From an uncultured Gammaproteobacteria bacterium (GTDB lineage: Bacteria; Pseudomonadota; Gammaproteobacteria; Magnimaribacterales; D2472), in the NCBI GenBank assembly GCA_964343355.1, contig CAYFJC010000003.1, positions 1 through 49,020 of the forward strand: a DNA stretch of 49,020 nucleotides, written 5' to 3'. Below, one piece after another: positions 9,706 through 19,190 of the stretch; within the stretch, counting starts at the first letter, position 1; each line of letters opens with the position of its first letter. A model generated the notes under the pieces. That model was not told where the DNA came from and did no database searches. It saw nothing but the letters and a program-made list of their open reading frames with translations. The translations under genes and the position numbers were made by a program.

Positions 9706-10047
9706 ATGGCAAAAATAAAAATTTGGCCTCATGAGGAGCTCTGCCCCAATGGAGCAAATATCGAAAGTCTTCCAGATGAGACTATATGCGAGGCTGCACT
9801 TAGAGAAGGCATTAAAATAGAGCATGCATGCGAGATGTCCTGTGCTTGCACCACATGCCACTGCATTATAAGAAAAGGCTTTGAGAGACTCAATGATGCA
9901 AGTGATACCGAAGAGGATATGTTAGATAAGGCTTGGGGGTTGGAGCAAACCTCAAGATTAAGTTGCCAAGCAGTTCCACCTCTAGATGATGAGATAGAAA
10001 TTGAACTTCCAAAGTATAATATTAATCTGGTTTCAGAGGATCATTGA
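9706..10047 (+). CDS. fdx: ISC system 2Fe-2S ferredoxin
   Basis: IEHACEMSCACTTCH, LDKAWGL, SRLSCQ. Confidence 0.96.
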   Translation: MAKIKIWPHEELCPNGANIESLPDETICEAALREGIKIEHACEMSCACTTCHCIIRKGFERLNDASDTEEDMLDKAWGLEQTSRLSCQAVPPLDDEIEIELPKYNINLVSEDH

Positions 10048-10250
10048 TGAATGAATTAGATTGGCTAGATATTAACGATATAGCTATTGAGCTATATGAT
10101 AATTTTCCAGATATTGATCCTCAATGGATTAGTTTTCCAGATCTTCATAAAAAAGTTTGTGAATTAGATGGTTTTATAGGAGACCCAACTAAATCAAATG
10201 AACAAATTCTTGAAGCAATTCAGATGACATGGATAGAAGAATACAAATAA
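10047..10250 (+). CDS. iscX: Fe-S assembly protein IscX (YfhJ)
   Basis: W.D..DIAIEL...P..DP....F.DLH, SNE.ILEAIQ..W.EE. ATG overlaps the fdx stop. Confidence 0.93.
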   Translation: MNELDWLDINDIAIELYDNFPDIDPQWISFPDLHKKVCELDGFIGDPTKSNEQILEAIQMTWIEEYK

Positions 10251-10289
10251 GTCTTCTATAATAGCGAAAATTTTTTAACAAGGATTAAT

Positions 10290-10715
10290 ATGACTACACA
10301 AAGAACACTTTCGATAATCAAACCAGATGCTGTTTCAAAAAATGTAATTGGTAAAATTTTATCAAGATTTGAAGATAATGGTTTAAAAATAATAGCAGGT
10401 AAGCTTATTTCTTTATCAGAGGAAATGGCATCCGGATTTTATGCAGAGCATGAAGGCAGACCTTTCTTCCCAGCCCTAATAGAATTTATGACATCTGGTC
10501 CTGTTTTTGTTCAGGTTTTAGAAGGCGATGACGCAGTTATGAAGAATAGAGAGTTGATGGGAAGTACCAATCCTGCAGACGCCGCTCCTGGAACAATAAG
10601 AGCAGATTTTGCTAAAAGCATAGATGCTAATGCTGTACATGGATCAGATTCTACTGAAAGCGCTGAAAGAGAAATCAATTATTTTTTTAATACAGAAGAG
10701 ATTACTTCAACTTAA
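10290..10715 (+). CDS. ndk: Nucleoside diphosphate kinase
   Basis: [31 protein letters not shown]. Confidence 0.98.
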   Translation: MTTQRTLSIIKPDAVSKNVIGKILSRFEDNGLKIIAGKLISLSEEMASGFYAEHEGRPFFPALIEFMTSGPVFVQVLEGDDAVMKNRELMGSTNPADAAPGTIRADFAKSIDANAVHGSDSTESAEREINYFFNTEEITST

Positions 10716-10717
10716 TT

Positions 10718-11800
10718 TTGCAAGATAAAAAAAATCTATTAGGCTACTCTCAAGAATCTTTAGAAGTTTTTTTTAAAGATATTGGAGAGCCTCCTTTTAG
10801 AGCTAAGCAGTTATTAAAATGGGTTCATCAAAAGGGCGAATTAGATTTTGAAATGATGACTGATTTTAATAAGGATTTAAGATCTAGATTAAAAGAAATA
10901 GCAGTACTAAAAACACCATTAGTTAAAAATGTTCTCACGTCTGAAGAGGGTACAAAAAAATATTTAGTTGAACTAGACTCAGGATCTTCTATCGAGATGG
11001 TCAGAATTCCTGAAAAGAAAAGAATGACTTTATGTATATCTTCTCAAGCTGGATGTGCTCTTCAGTGTACTTTTTGTGCCACAGGAGCCCAGGGCTTTGA
11101 TCAAAACCTCACATCTGATGAAATAATTGGTCAAGTGTGGCTTGCTAATTTTTATGATAGAAACGAGGCCCCTATAACTAATGTTGTGTTTATGGGTATG
11201 GGTGAGCCACTTTTAAACTTCAATCCAGTTATGGAATCTGTTGATATTATGCGGAATCAAATAGCCTATTGTTTATCAAGAAAAAGAATTACCATCAGCA
11301 CCTCTGGCATCGTTCCTCAAATCAACAAATTAGCAGACATGACAGATATCTCACTTGCAATATCACTTCATGCTGCAGAAAATGAGTTGAGGGATATTAT
11401 CGTACCCATCAACAAGAAGTATCCAATTAAAGAATTACTTAATTCATGTAAAAACTATTTGTCGAAACAGACAGGTAAGAGAAACATAACTATTGAATAT
11501 ATTTTAATAGACGGAATTAATGATTCCATTAAGCATGCTGCAAGCCTATCGAAAGTCTTAGCTAACTTGTCATGTAAGATAAATTTAATTCCATTTAATC
11601 CATTTGACGGAAGTGACTACAAAAGATCAACAGATAAAAATATTTATGCATTTAAAAATTATTTAGTCAATAAGGGCTATATCACAACTTGCAGAATTAC
11701 TAGAGGGGATGCAATTGATGGGGCTTGTGGTCAGCTTGTAGGAAACTTGAAAAAGACAATTAAAGGAAAAAGCATTATTCAGCATACAAGCATTCATTAG
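10718..11800 (+). CDS. rlmN: Dual-specificity 23S rRNA m2A2503/tRNA methyltransferase RlmN
   Basis: CISSQAGCALQCTFC radical-SAM motif, MGMGEP, SLHA, INLIPFN, GACGQL. TTG start. Confidence 0.96.
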   Translation: MQDKKNLLGYSQESLEVFFKDIGEPPFRAKQLLKWVHQKGELDFEMMTDFNKDLRSRLKEIAVLKTPLVKNVLTSEEGTKKYLVELDSGSSIEMVRIPEKKRMTLCISSQAGCALQCTFCATGAQGFDQNLTSDEIIGQVWLANFYDRNEAPITNVVFMGMGEPLLNFNPVMESVDIMRNQIAYCLSRKRITISTSGIVPQINKLADMTDISLAISLHAAENELRDIIVPINKKYPIKELLNSCKNYLSKQTGKRNITIEYILIDGINDSIKHAASLSKVLANLSCKINLIPFNPFDGSDYKRSTDKNIYAFKNYLVNKGYITTCRITRGDAIDGACGQLVGNLKKTIKGKSIIQHTSIH

Positions 11801-11808
11801 GTGTCTAA

Positions 11809-12552
11809 ATGCCAAAAGTAATTAAATCAGTAAAAATAGGCTCAAAATTCTTAGAAGCAAGATCTAAATTAAATCTCTCTCTCAATGATATTTCAAAAAA
11901 TATTCATATAAACATTAAATATCTTGAAGCCATAGAGAGTGATGATTATTCATTATTTCCCGCTAGAGCATTTGCTATTGGCTATTTTAATAAATATTCA
12001 GATTTTCTTGGAATAAAAGATCCATTTCCAGTTAATACGGATGACAGAATTTTAAATTCTAAAGAGAATAAAACTAAGTCTTCAAGGAAGCGAATCTCAG
12101 AAGTTGAGTTATTTATAAAAGAAAATTTAATTACAATATCAACAATCTTTATATTAATACTTTTAATTACATTTATTATATTTACCTCAGCGATATCCGA
12201 ATCAAGTGATATAGAAATAATTAATGATGAGACGCTTAATATCGAGCCGATTAGCGTTATTGAGAAAATAAGTAATGATAAATTGATAGCTAAACCTATC
12301 GTTAAGAATAGCAATCTAATGCTGATATTTTCAGGTCCTTGTTGGGTTGAAATATATTTAAATAATGAAAAACGTTTAATCTATAAGTTATATAATAAAG
12401 ATGAGATTTTAGGAGTAGAGATTGAAAAAAGCTTTACACTTGTAATAGGTAATATTGATAATGTAAAAGCCACATACGGAGGCGAAATTATTAATTTTAT
12501 TAATAATGTTAATAAGCAAAAAGTAAGTACAACTATATTTAATAATGAGTGA
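11809..12552 (+). CDS. rodZ: Cytoskeleton protein RodZ
   Basis: N-terminal HTH (YLEAIE.DDY, GY..KY...LG), single TM helix, C-terminal CWVEI...IGN domain. Lies between rlmN and ispG. Confidence 0.85.
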   Translation: MPKVIKSVKIGSKFLEARSKLNLSLNDISKNIHINIKYLEAIESDDYSLFPARAFAIGYFNKYSDFLGIKDPFPVNTDDRILNSKENKTKSSRKRISEVELFIKENLITISTIFILILLITFIIFTSAISESSDIEIINDETLNIEPISVIEKISNDKLIAKPIVKNSNLMLIFSGPCWVEIYLNNEKRLIYKLYNKDEILGVEIEKSFTLVIGNIDNVKATYGGEIINFINNVNKQKVSTTIFNNE

Positions 12553-13642
12553 TTGGATTAAAAGAAAAGAGACTAAAACAGTCAATGTTGGCGGCGTGTT
12601 AGTTGGTGGAAAAAATCCTATTGCTATTCAATCAATGACAAATACCAATACGTGTGATGTTATTTCAACAGTTAATCAGATCAATGATCTCCAGGCAGCT
12701 GGAGCGGATATTGTAAGAGTATCAGTCCCCGGTTTTGATGAGGCAGCAGCCTTTAAAGAGATAAGAAAAGCTGTAAGTATTCCCCTGGTCGCAGATATTC
12801 ATTTTGATTACAAGATCGCGCTAGAGGTTGCAGATACTGCTGACTGCTTGAGAATAAATCCAGGCAATATAGGCAAAGAAGATAGAGTCAGAGAGGTAAT
12901 ACAAGCTGCAATAGATAATAATGTTCCAATAAGAGTTGGGGTGAATGCAGGCTCAATGGAAAAAGATCTTCAAAAAAAATATGGTGAACCAAATGCTGAT
13001 GCATTAGTTGAATCAGCTATGCGTCATGTGGATATTTTAGATAAATTTAACTTTAAAAATTATAAAATGAGCTTAAAAGCTTCAAATATAGAGATGACGG
13101 TTGAAGCATATAGAAAAATATCAAAAATCATTAATCAGCCACTTCACTTAGGTATTACAGAGGCCGGAAGTTATAGAGCGGGAACTGTTAAATCCTCTAT
13201 AGGTGTAGGCATGCTTTTAACCGAAGGAATAGGAGACACTATTAGAATTTCTTTAGCTTCAGATCCAGTAGATGAAATTAAGATTGGCTGGGATATTTTA
13301 AGAAGTCTTAATATAAGAAGTAGGGGGGTTAAAATAATTGCTTGTCCAAGCTGTTCTAGACAAAACTTTAATGTCATTGAGGTTGTAAATGCACTTGAGG
13401 AAAGGTTTGAAGATATATCTGAAGACATAGAAATTGCTATTATAGGATGCTACGTAAACGGTCCTGGTGAATCTAAAGCAGCTGATATAGGTCTTACAGG
13501 AGCATCTCCAAAAAATTTATTATATATTGATGGTATTCCTGATAAAAAAATTGCCAATGAAAACCTAATAGATGAATTAGAGCATCAAGTAAGAGAAAAA
13601 TTATCATTAAGAAATGATTCCAACGTTATTGTGAGAGGCTAA
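12545..13642 (+). CDS. ispG: 4-hydroxy-3-methylbut-2-enyl diphosphate synthase
   Basis: [53 protein letters not shown]. Confidence 0.97.
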   Translation: MSDWIKRKETKTVNVGGVLVGGKNPIAIQSMTNTNTCDVISTVNQINDLQAAGADIVRVSVPGFDEAAAFKEIRKAVSIPLVADIHFDYKIALEVADTADCLRINPGNIGKEDRVREVIQAAIDNNVPIRVGVNAGSMEKDLQKKYGEPNADALVESAMRHVDILDKFNFKNYKMSLKASNIEMTVEAYRKISKIINQPLHLGITEAGSYRAGTVKSSIGVGMLLTEGIGDTIRISLASDPVDEIKIGWDILRSLNIRSRGVKIIACPSCSRQNFNVIEVVNALEERFEDISEDIEIAIIGCYVNGPGESKAADIGLTGASPKNLLYIDGIPDKKIANENLIDELEHQVREKLSLRNDSNVIVRG

Positions 13643-14887
13643 ATGACTAAAATTAATTCCTTAAGAGGCATGCCTGATTTTTACTCTGATGATCTAATTA
13701 GCTGGAGCCCTGTTGAAAATAAACTAGAAAAAATTTTTAAATCATATTCCATTAATGAAATAAGAACACCTATCATGGAGTACACGGATTTATTTAAACG
13801 ATCTGTCGGTGATACTTCAGATATTGTTAACAAAGAAATATATTCATTTAATGATAGAAATGATCAAAGTTTAAGTCTCCGCCCAGAAGGAACAGCGGGC
13901 GTTATAAGATCGATAATTGAAAAAAAATTAGACCAACAACAATCAAAACTTTGGTATATGGGTCCTATGTTTAGATACGAAAGACCTCAAAAAGGAAGAT
14001 ATAGACAATTTCATCAAGCGGGTGTTGAAATTTTAGGATATCCGGAGGGGCAAGCAGATTTTGAGCTAATTTCTATGATCTGCTCAATAATTAATGGCTT
14101 AGACATAAAGAACGCAAAATTAAAAATAAATCATCTTGGAGATAAAGACTCCAAAAAAGAATTTTCAAAAGCCTTGGTTGAGTATTTAATGCCTTATAAA
14201 GACAAGATGGATGAAAAAGATCTAGAGAGACTTGGTAAAAATCCTTTAAGAATTCTAGATACAAAGGATTTAAGTATGCAGGAAATTCTTAAAGATGCAC
14301 CTTCTCTTAATAATTTTATTTCTGATTCTGCAAACTTATTACTCTCATCAATTCAGAAAACGTTTAGTGATTTATGCATTATAGAAATAGATAATACTCT
14401 CGTGAGAGGTCTTGATTACTATACAGGGTTAGTTTTTGAAGCATCTTCAACTGATTTAGGAGCTCAAGATGCATTTATAGGTGGAGGAAGATACGATAAT
14501 CTTGCAAATACTCTTGGTGGCAAAGACATGCCAGCAATAGGACTTGCAATAGGTTTAGAGAGGATAATATCAATTTCTTCAATAACTAAAAATATTGAAA
14601 AAAAGGTTGTCTTTATAAGTTCTACTAGCAATATAGCCCCATTAGCATTTAAAATAGCGAACCAGTTAAGAACTGCTAATTCAGATGTCTCGTTAGACAT
14701 GGATTTAACTGATAGCAGTATAAAAGCTAAGCTAAGAAGAGCTAATAAAACAAATGCTACGCATGCATTTATTTTAGGTGATGAAGAGATAAGCACTAAT
14801 AAGCTTATTGTTAAGTCATTAAGAGACGACGATGAACAAGTTAGTATGAGTATTAATGAATGTATAGAATTTTATAAAAAGATCTAA
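13643..14887 (+). CDS. hisS: Histidine--tRNA ligase
   Basis: LRPEGTA, MFRYERPQKGRYRQFHQ, LVRGLDYY, GGGRYD, G.AIGLER. Confidence 0.97.
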   Translation: MTKINSLRGMPDFYSDDLISWSPVENKLEKIFKSYSINEIRTPIMEYTDLFKRSVGDTSDIVNKEIYSFNDRNDQSLSLRPEGTAGVIRSIIEKKLDQQQSKLWYMGPMFRYERPQKGRYRQFHQAGVEILGYPEGQADFELISMICSIINGLDIKNAKLKINHLGDKDSKKEFSKALVEYLMPYKDKMDEKDLERLGKNPLRILDTKDLSMQEILKDAPSLNNFISDSANLLLSSIQKTFSDLCIIEIDNTLVRGLDYYTGLVFEASSTDLGAQDAFIGGGRYDNLANTLGGKDMPAIGLAIGLERIISISSITKNIEKKVVFISSTSNIAPLAFKIANQLRTANSDVSLDMDLTDSSIKAKLRRANKTNATHAFILGDEEISTNKLIVKSLRDDDEQVSMSINECIEFYKKI

Positions 14888-14910
14888 TCTAAATATATAA
14901 GGATATAAAC

Positions 14911-15558
14911 ATGGCTGAACACAGTAATGATGAAGAAAGACTACTAGCGATAGTTGATTTTTTTAAGCACTATAGAAATCTTATACTTTCTATAGTTATA
15001 TCTATTTCATTTATAGGCATTGGGGCTTATGGAATAAAATACACTCAAGATTCTAAGAATAATTCAGCTGCAGTCATATACAGCAAATGGATGGAAGCAG
15101 TTTCTGCAGAAGATGCGAATTTACTGGATGATAATCTTTTATTTGATCAACTAATTGTTGATTATGGATCTACGGGATTTGCTCAATTTGCAATGATTAA
15201 GAAGGCGTCTGCGCTTGCTTCAAACTCCCAGTTTGATGAAAGTAAGATTTATTTCGAAGACTTAATAGATATATCTAGCGGACTCTTTGGTAACTCCCTT
15301 GTAAACAAGATGTCTAGAGTTAGTTTAGCTAGAATTTTGATATCTGAATCTAATTACTCTGAGGCCTTAAATGCCATAGAGGGTTTAATGGCAGGGTCTG
15401 ATCCATTGGTAAATGAATTGGCTGGAGATGCATTAGCAGGCCAAGCTAAAAATAGTTTAGCCATTGAGCAATATAATTTAGCTAAAGAGCTATATGATGA
15501 CGATGCATCAAAAAATGTAGTTATTATGAAACTTAATAATATTCAACTGGTCTTATAA
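14911..15558 (+). CDS. yfgM: Ancillary SecYEG subunit YfgM (TPR)
   Basis: DEE.L..I..FF, single TM helix, R..LAR, EL.GD, MKLNN. Lies between hisS and bamB. Confidence 0.85.
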   Translation: MAEHSNDEERLLAIVDFFKHYRNLILSIVISISFIGIGAYGIKYTQDSKNNSAAVIYSKWMEAVSAEDANLLDDNLLFDQLIVDYGSTGFAQFAMIKKASALASNSQFDESKIYFEDLIDISSGLFGNSLVNKMSRVSLARILISESNYSEALNAIEGLMAGSDPLVNELAGDALAGQAKNSLAIEQYNLAKELYDDDASKNVVIMKLNNIQLVL

Positions 15559-15564
15559 ACAATT

Positions 15565-16821
15565 ATGAAATATTTATCACACTTATTAATTCTCATATTT
15601 TTAAGCTCATGCACAAGTATGGCTTTTTGGAACGATAGCGAAGAAGAAGTTGAGGCTAAAGAGCCTAGAAGTTTTGTTGATATTCTAAGTTTTTGGAATA
15701 ATGGGCCAGAAGAAGAAATTGATTTAACTGAGCCTAAGGCTCTAGTTGATATTTCTAATCAAAAAGAGCTTGTTTTAAATTGGGAGATCACTCTTGCTTC
15801 TGAGAGAAGTGCAACAGATTTTATTCCTAATCTTTCAGGCTCAGGGGATAATAAGTTAGGTGCTTTTTTACCAGCTTTTTCTGGTAAGACAATATTTTTT
15901 GCAAATAATAGTGGAGCTATAGGCTCCTTTGATCAGTCTTCAGGTAAAGAAAATTGGACCGCGCAAGTTACAGAGCTCTCTTCAGGTATTTCTGCAGGTT
16001 TTGGTGTACTTATTGTCGCTGGATCTCAAGGAGAATTGATTTGTTTGTCCCAAGCAGACGGTTCCACTCTTTGGTCTATAGACGCAGGAGCTGAAATTCT
16101 TGCACCAGCAGCTATCAATGCCAAACTAGTCTTGGTTAAGACAAGTTCAGGTGAGCTAAATGCATATAATATATCTGACGGTTCTAGAAAATGGTCTTAT
16201 AGGTCACAATTACCAGCACTTACATTACGTGGAAGTAGTCCTCCAGTTATAGAAGAAGAGCTGGTTTATGCGGCTTTTGATAATGGAAGACTTGGAGCCT
16301 TTCAGATAGATACAGGCTTTTTAGTCTGGGATGGAGCTATATCGTATGTAGAAGGCACATCAGAATTGGAAAATATGATAGATGCCGATGCTGCACCAGT
16401 TATAGAGGGTGGCTTATTATTTATTGCAAACTATCAAGGTCAGATAGCTGCTTTTGATCCTGCTCAAAGAAGAATTGTATGGGCTGAAAAAGCCTCATCT
16501 TTTTATTCTCCAGTCATTTCTAAGGGTGTTATGGCTATTCTTGAAACTGATTCAACTTTCACAACATATTCAACTAAAACTTTTATGCCATCATGGACTA
16601 ATGATGATTACTACTTGAGAGAGCTTTCAAATGCAGACTCTTACAAGGGGAGCATAGTAGTTGGTGATTTTGAGGGATATATTCACCTCTTAGACACATT
16701 AAATGGTAAAACAACAAGCAGAACAAAATTAACCAGAAGTCCAATTAAGACTATTATCACAAGAGCTGACAGTATCTTTATTGTAGATGAGAAATTTAAT
16801 TTATATTCAGTTAGTCACTAG
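15565..16821 (+). CDS. bamB: Outer membrane protein assembly lipoprotein BamB
   Basis: Lipobox FLSSC, PQQ-type beta-propeller repeats (G...W), LTLRGSS.P, GDFEGYIH. Lies between yfgM and der. Confidence 0.9.
   Translation: MKYLSHLLILIFLSSCTSMAFWNDSEEEVEAKEPRSFVDILSFWNNGPEEEIDLTEPKALVDISNQKELVLNWEITLASERSATDFIPNLSGSGDNKLGAFLPAFSGKTIFFANNSGAIGSFDQSSGKENWTAQVTELSSGISAGFGVLIVAGSQGELICLSQADGSTLWSIDAGAEILAPAAINAKLVLVKTSSGELNAYNISDGSRKWSYRSQLPALTLRGSSPPVIEEELVYAAFDNGRLGAFQIDTGFLVWDGAISYVEGTSELENMIDADAAPVIEGGLLFIANYQGQIAAFDPAQRRIVWAEKASSFYSPVISKGVMAILETDSTFTTYSTKTFMPSWTNDDYYLRELSNADSYKGSIVVGDFEGYIHLLDTLNGKTTSRTKLTRSPIKTIITRADSIFIVDEKFNLYSVSH
15619..15753 (+). repeat. Degenerate tandem duplication (22 + 23 codons) at the BamB N-terminus
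   Basis: MAFWNDSEEEVEAKEPRSFVDI followed by LSFWNNGPEEEIDLTEPKALVDI. Both DNA copies share TTTTGGAA, GAAGAAGAA, GAGCCTA and GTTGATATT. Confidence 0.85.
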
Positions 16822-16835
16822 AATGCCGCTTAAAA

Positions 16836-18218
16836 ATGTTTACCTCAATAGCAATAATTGGCCGTCCTAACGTAGGAAAATCAACTCTTTTTAACAAACT
16901 TACAAAGACTCGTGAGGCTATAGTCTCAGATTTTCCTGGATTAACAAAAGATAGAAACTATGGCTATATCAAACTTGGCAGCATAAAAAGCTTTATTATT
17001 GATACTGGAGGAATTGGAAAAGATGAATCTAATTTATCCCAAAATATATCAGATCAAGCCTGGATGGCAGCCAATGAGTGTAATTTAATTTTATTTCTTG
17101 TAGACGGATCTGAGAATTTAACATCAGAAGACTTTGAAATATTAAGCAGCCTAAGAAAACTAAATAAACCATTTATAACACTTTTAAATAAATCTGATAA
17201 ATCCTCTAAATCTGAGGCATTAAATGATATCTCATCCAAAGGCATTAAAGACTTTTTAGACATTAGTGCAGAACATTCAAGAGGATTAGATGATTTAAAA
17301 AAGCTTTTATTACAAATGCTACCTGAAAAAAGTGATGATGAAATTATTGATGGAAAAAAAATAGCAGTACTTGGAAGGCCTAATGCAGGGAAGTCTACAT
17401 TTATTAACAACTTTATTAATGAAGATAGATTGGTTGTATCAGAGGTTGCTGGAACAACAATTGATGCGATTAGAATCCCATTTACTGTAGATGAAAATGA
17501 ATTTATTTTTATTGATACAGCTGGAATTAGAAAGGGATATAAACAAAATCATAAAGTTGAATATTTCTCTTACGTACGAGCAATGCATGCAGTCGAAGAA
17601 AGTGATGTTATTTTATTTTTAGTTGATTCTGAAGATAGTATTGTAGATCAGGACCTAAAACTTATTAATATAATTGCCGAACAAGGTAAGCCAATTTTAA
17701 TTGGATTAAATAAAGTTGACTTACTAACAAAAACAGAAAGATCAGCAATGTATGAGACAAAAAGACTTCAATCAAATTTTTTAAAAGATTTTGTTAAAGT
17801 AGAAGTTTCAGGAATGAAAGGGTTAGGATTTAAAAGACTCTTTAGAATACTTAATAGCCTAATTAGTAAATCACAGACTAATTACTCCACTACATTACTA
17901 AATAAACATTTAAATAAATTTGTTGAACGAAGTGCGCCTCCATCTGTCGGAGGGCGTCAACTTAAATTAAGATATGTCCATTTCGGAGGAACACAACCAA
18001 CAACTTTAATAATTCACTCTAATCAGGATAAGAAGATTCCAGCTAATTATAAAAAATATTTAGAAAATTCATTTAGAGAAGAATTAGGTTTAAAAAGTAT
18101 TCAACTAAGAATAATTTTTAGAAAATCTGATAATCCCTTTGAAGGAAAAGTTAATAAATTAACCGATAGACAAGTTAAAAAGAAAAAAAGGTTAATGAAG
18201 CACGTCAAAAATAAGTAA
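16836..18218 (+). CDS. der: Ribosome biogenesis GTPase Der (EngA)
   Basis: Two G domains (GRPNVGKS/DTGG/NKSD and GRPNAGKS/DTAG/NKVD) and a KH-like C-terminus. Confidence 0.97.
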   Translation: MFTSIAIIGRPNVGKSTLFNKLTKTREAIVSDFPGLTKDRNYGYIKLGSIKSFIIDTGGIGKDESNLSQNISDQAWMAANECNLILFLVDGSENLTSEDFEILSSLRKLNKPFITLLNKSDKSSKSEALNDISSKGIKDFLDISAEHSRGLDDLKKLLLQMLPEKSDDEIIDGKKIAVLGRPNAGKSTFINNFINEDRLVVSEVAGTTIDAIRIPFTVDENEFIFIDTAGIRKGYKQNHKVEYFSYVRAMHAVEESDVILFLVDSEDSIVDQDLKLINIIAEQGKPILIGLNKVDLLTKTERSAMYETKRLQSNFLKDFVKVEVSGMKGLGFKRLFRILNSLISKSQTNYSTTLLNKHLNKFVERSAPPSVGGRQLKLRYVHFGGTQPTTLIIHSNQDKKIPANYKKYLENSFREELGLKSIQLRIIFRKSDNPFEGKVNKLTDRQVKKKKRLMKHVKNK

Positions 18219-18250
18219 TAATTCTTAATAACATCGGATCTATACCTATA

Positions 18251-18267
18251 ATGTAGCAAAACTACAT
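18251..18267. promoter_or_regulatory. Palindromic operator candidate (HexR-like TGTAR-N5-YTACA) upstream of sdhC
   Basis: ATGTAG-caaaa-CTACAT in the der-sdhC intergenic region, overlapping a TATAAT at 18247-52. Confidence 0.45.
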
Positions 18268-18434
18268 AAATTTACTTATTTTTATACTATATCTACAGCT
18301 TATTTTATATATTTGACATAAATAAGCATCTCTTTAAAAATCCTCACTACATAGAAATCTTATTTAAAATAAACAAGATTTTATTTATACAATTCCGTAT
18401 AATTGTCTTGTAATTTAGATGTATAAGGGAACAT

Positions 18435-18827
18435 TTGTTACTAATGAAAAATGACCAAAGACCAGTCAATATAAATTTACTTAAGATAAAGCTGCCAATT
18501 TCAGCTTTAACTTCTATAAGCCATAGGTTAGCAGGAATGTATATTTTTTTTATAACTTATCCTCTATCAGTTTATCTATTTTTCCTTGCTTCTAGTAACC
18601 AGGAAAACTTCTCCTACTTAATAAATTCTTTGGTAAATAGCTCCTATTTAGCAACTTTTGTTGCCTTTAGTTTTTTAGTCCTTTGGTTTCATATTCTAAC
18701 TGGAGTTAGGCATCTTATAATGGATATGCATATAGGTGAATCTCTTCAAGCCACTAAAGCCTCATCAATTCTAGTTTTATGCTTTTGGATTATTTCAGTA
18801 ATAGTAACGATAACGGTGATCCTCTGA
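18435..18827 (+). CDS. sdhC: Succinate dehydrogenase cytochrome b556 subunit
   Basis: RPVNINL, SISHRLAG, FHILTGVRHLIMD. Start is TTG 18435 or ATG 18444. Confidence 0.93.
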   Translation: MLLMKNDQRPVNINLLKIKLPISALTSISHRLAGMYIFFITYPLSVYLFFLASSNQENFSYLINSLVNSSYLATFVAFSFLVLWFHILTGVRHLIMDMHIGESLQATKASSILVLCFWIISVIVTITVIL

Positions 18828-19186
18828 TGAAAGGATCAACTATATGGTATCTACAAAGAGGTAGCTCGATCTTTATATTCATATATATTATTTATGTCGC
18901 TGCTTTTATTATTTCTTCTCTACCAATAGCATTTAATGAGTGGCTTTTGTTTACGAACTCTTTTTTATTTAAACTTTCAACTACCTTAGCTTTTCTTAGT
19001 ATCTTAATTCATGCATATTTAGGTTTGTGGACCATAGGAACAGATTATCTAACACCCAGAACTTTAGGTTTCCTGAATTTTACTTTATCTAAAATTGCAG
19101 ATACATCTAGACTTTTATACAACATTTTTTTTACTGCTTTAGGCCTGCTTTTATACTTTTATTTACTCTTTCTTATTTGGATATAG
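18827..19186 (+). CDS. sdhD: Succinate dehydrogenase hydrophobic anchor subunit
   Basis: G...W.LQR, HAYLGLW.I.TDY. The likely start is ATG 18827 overlapping the sdhC stop (TGATG), not 18779. Confidence 0.92.
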   Translation: MKGSTIWYLQRGSSIFIFIYIIYVAAFIISSLPIAFNEWLLFTNSFLFKLSTTLAFLSILIHAYLGLWTIGTDYLTPRTLGFLNFTLSKIADTSRLLYNIFFTALGLLLYFYLLFLIWI

Positions 19187-19190
19187 ATTT

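Noticed and set aside
18409-18421. Complementarity between the sdhC leader (TTGTAATT-TAGATG) and the sequence just after the Fur box (CATCTAGATAATTACAA)
   Set aside because: Only 8+6 AT-rich pairs with a bulge, and part lies upstream of the predicted TSS; compatible with chance.
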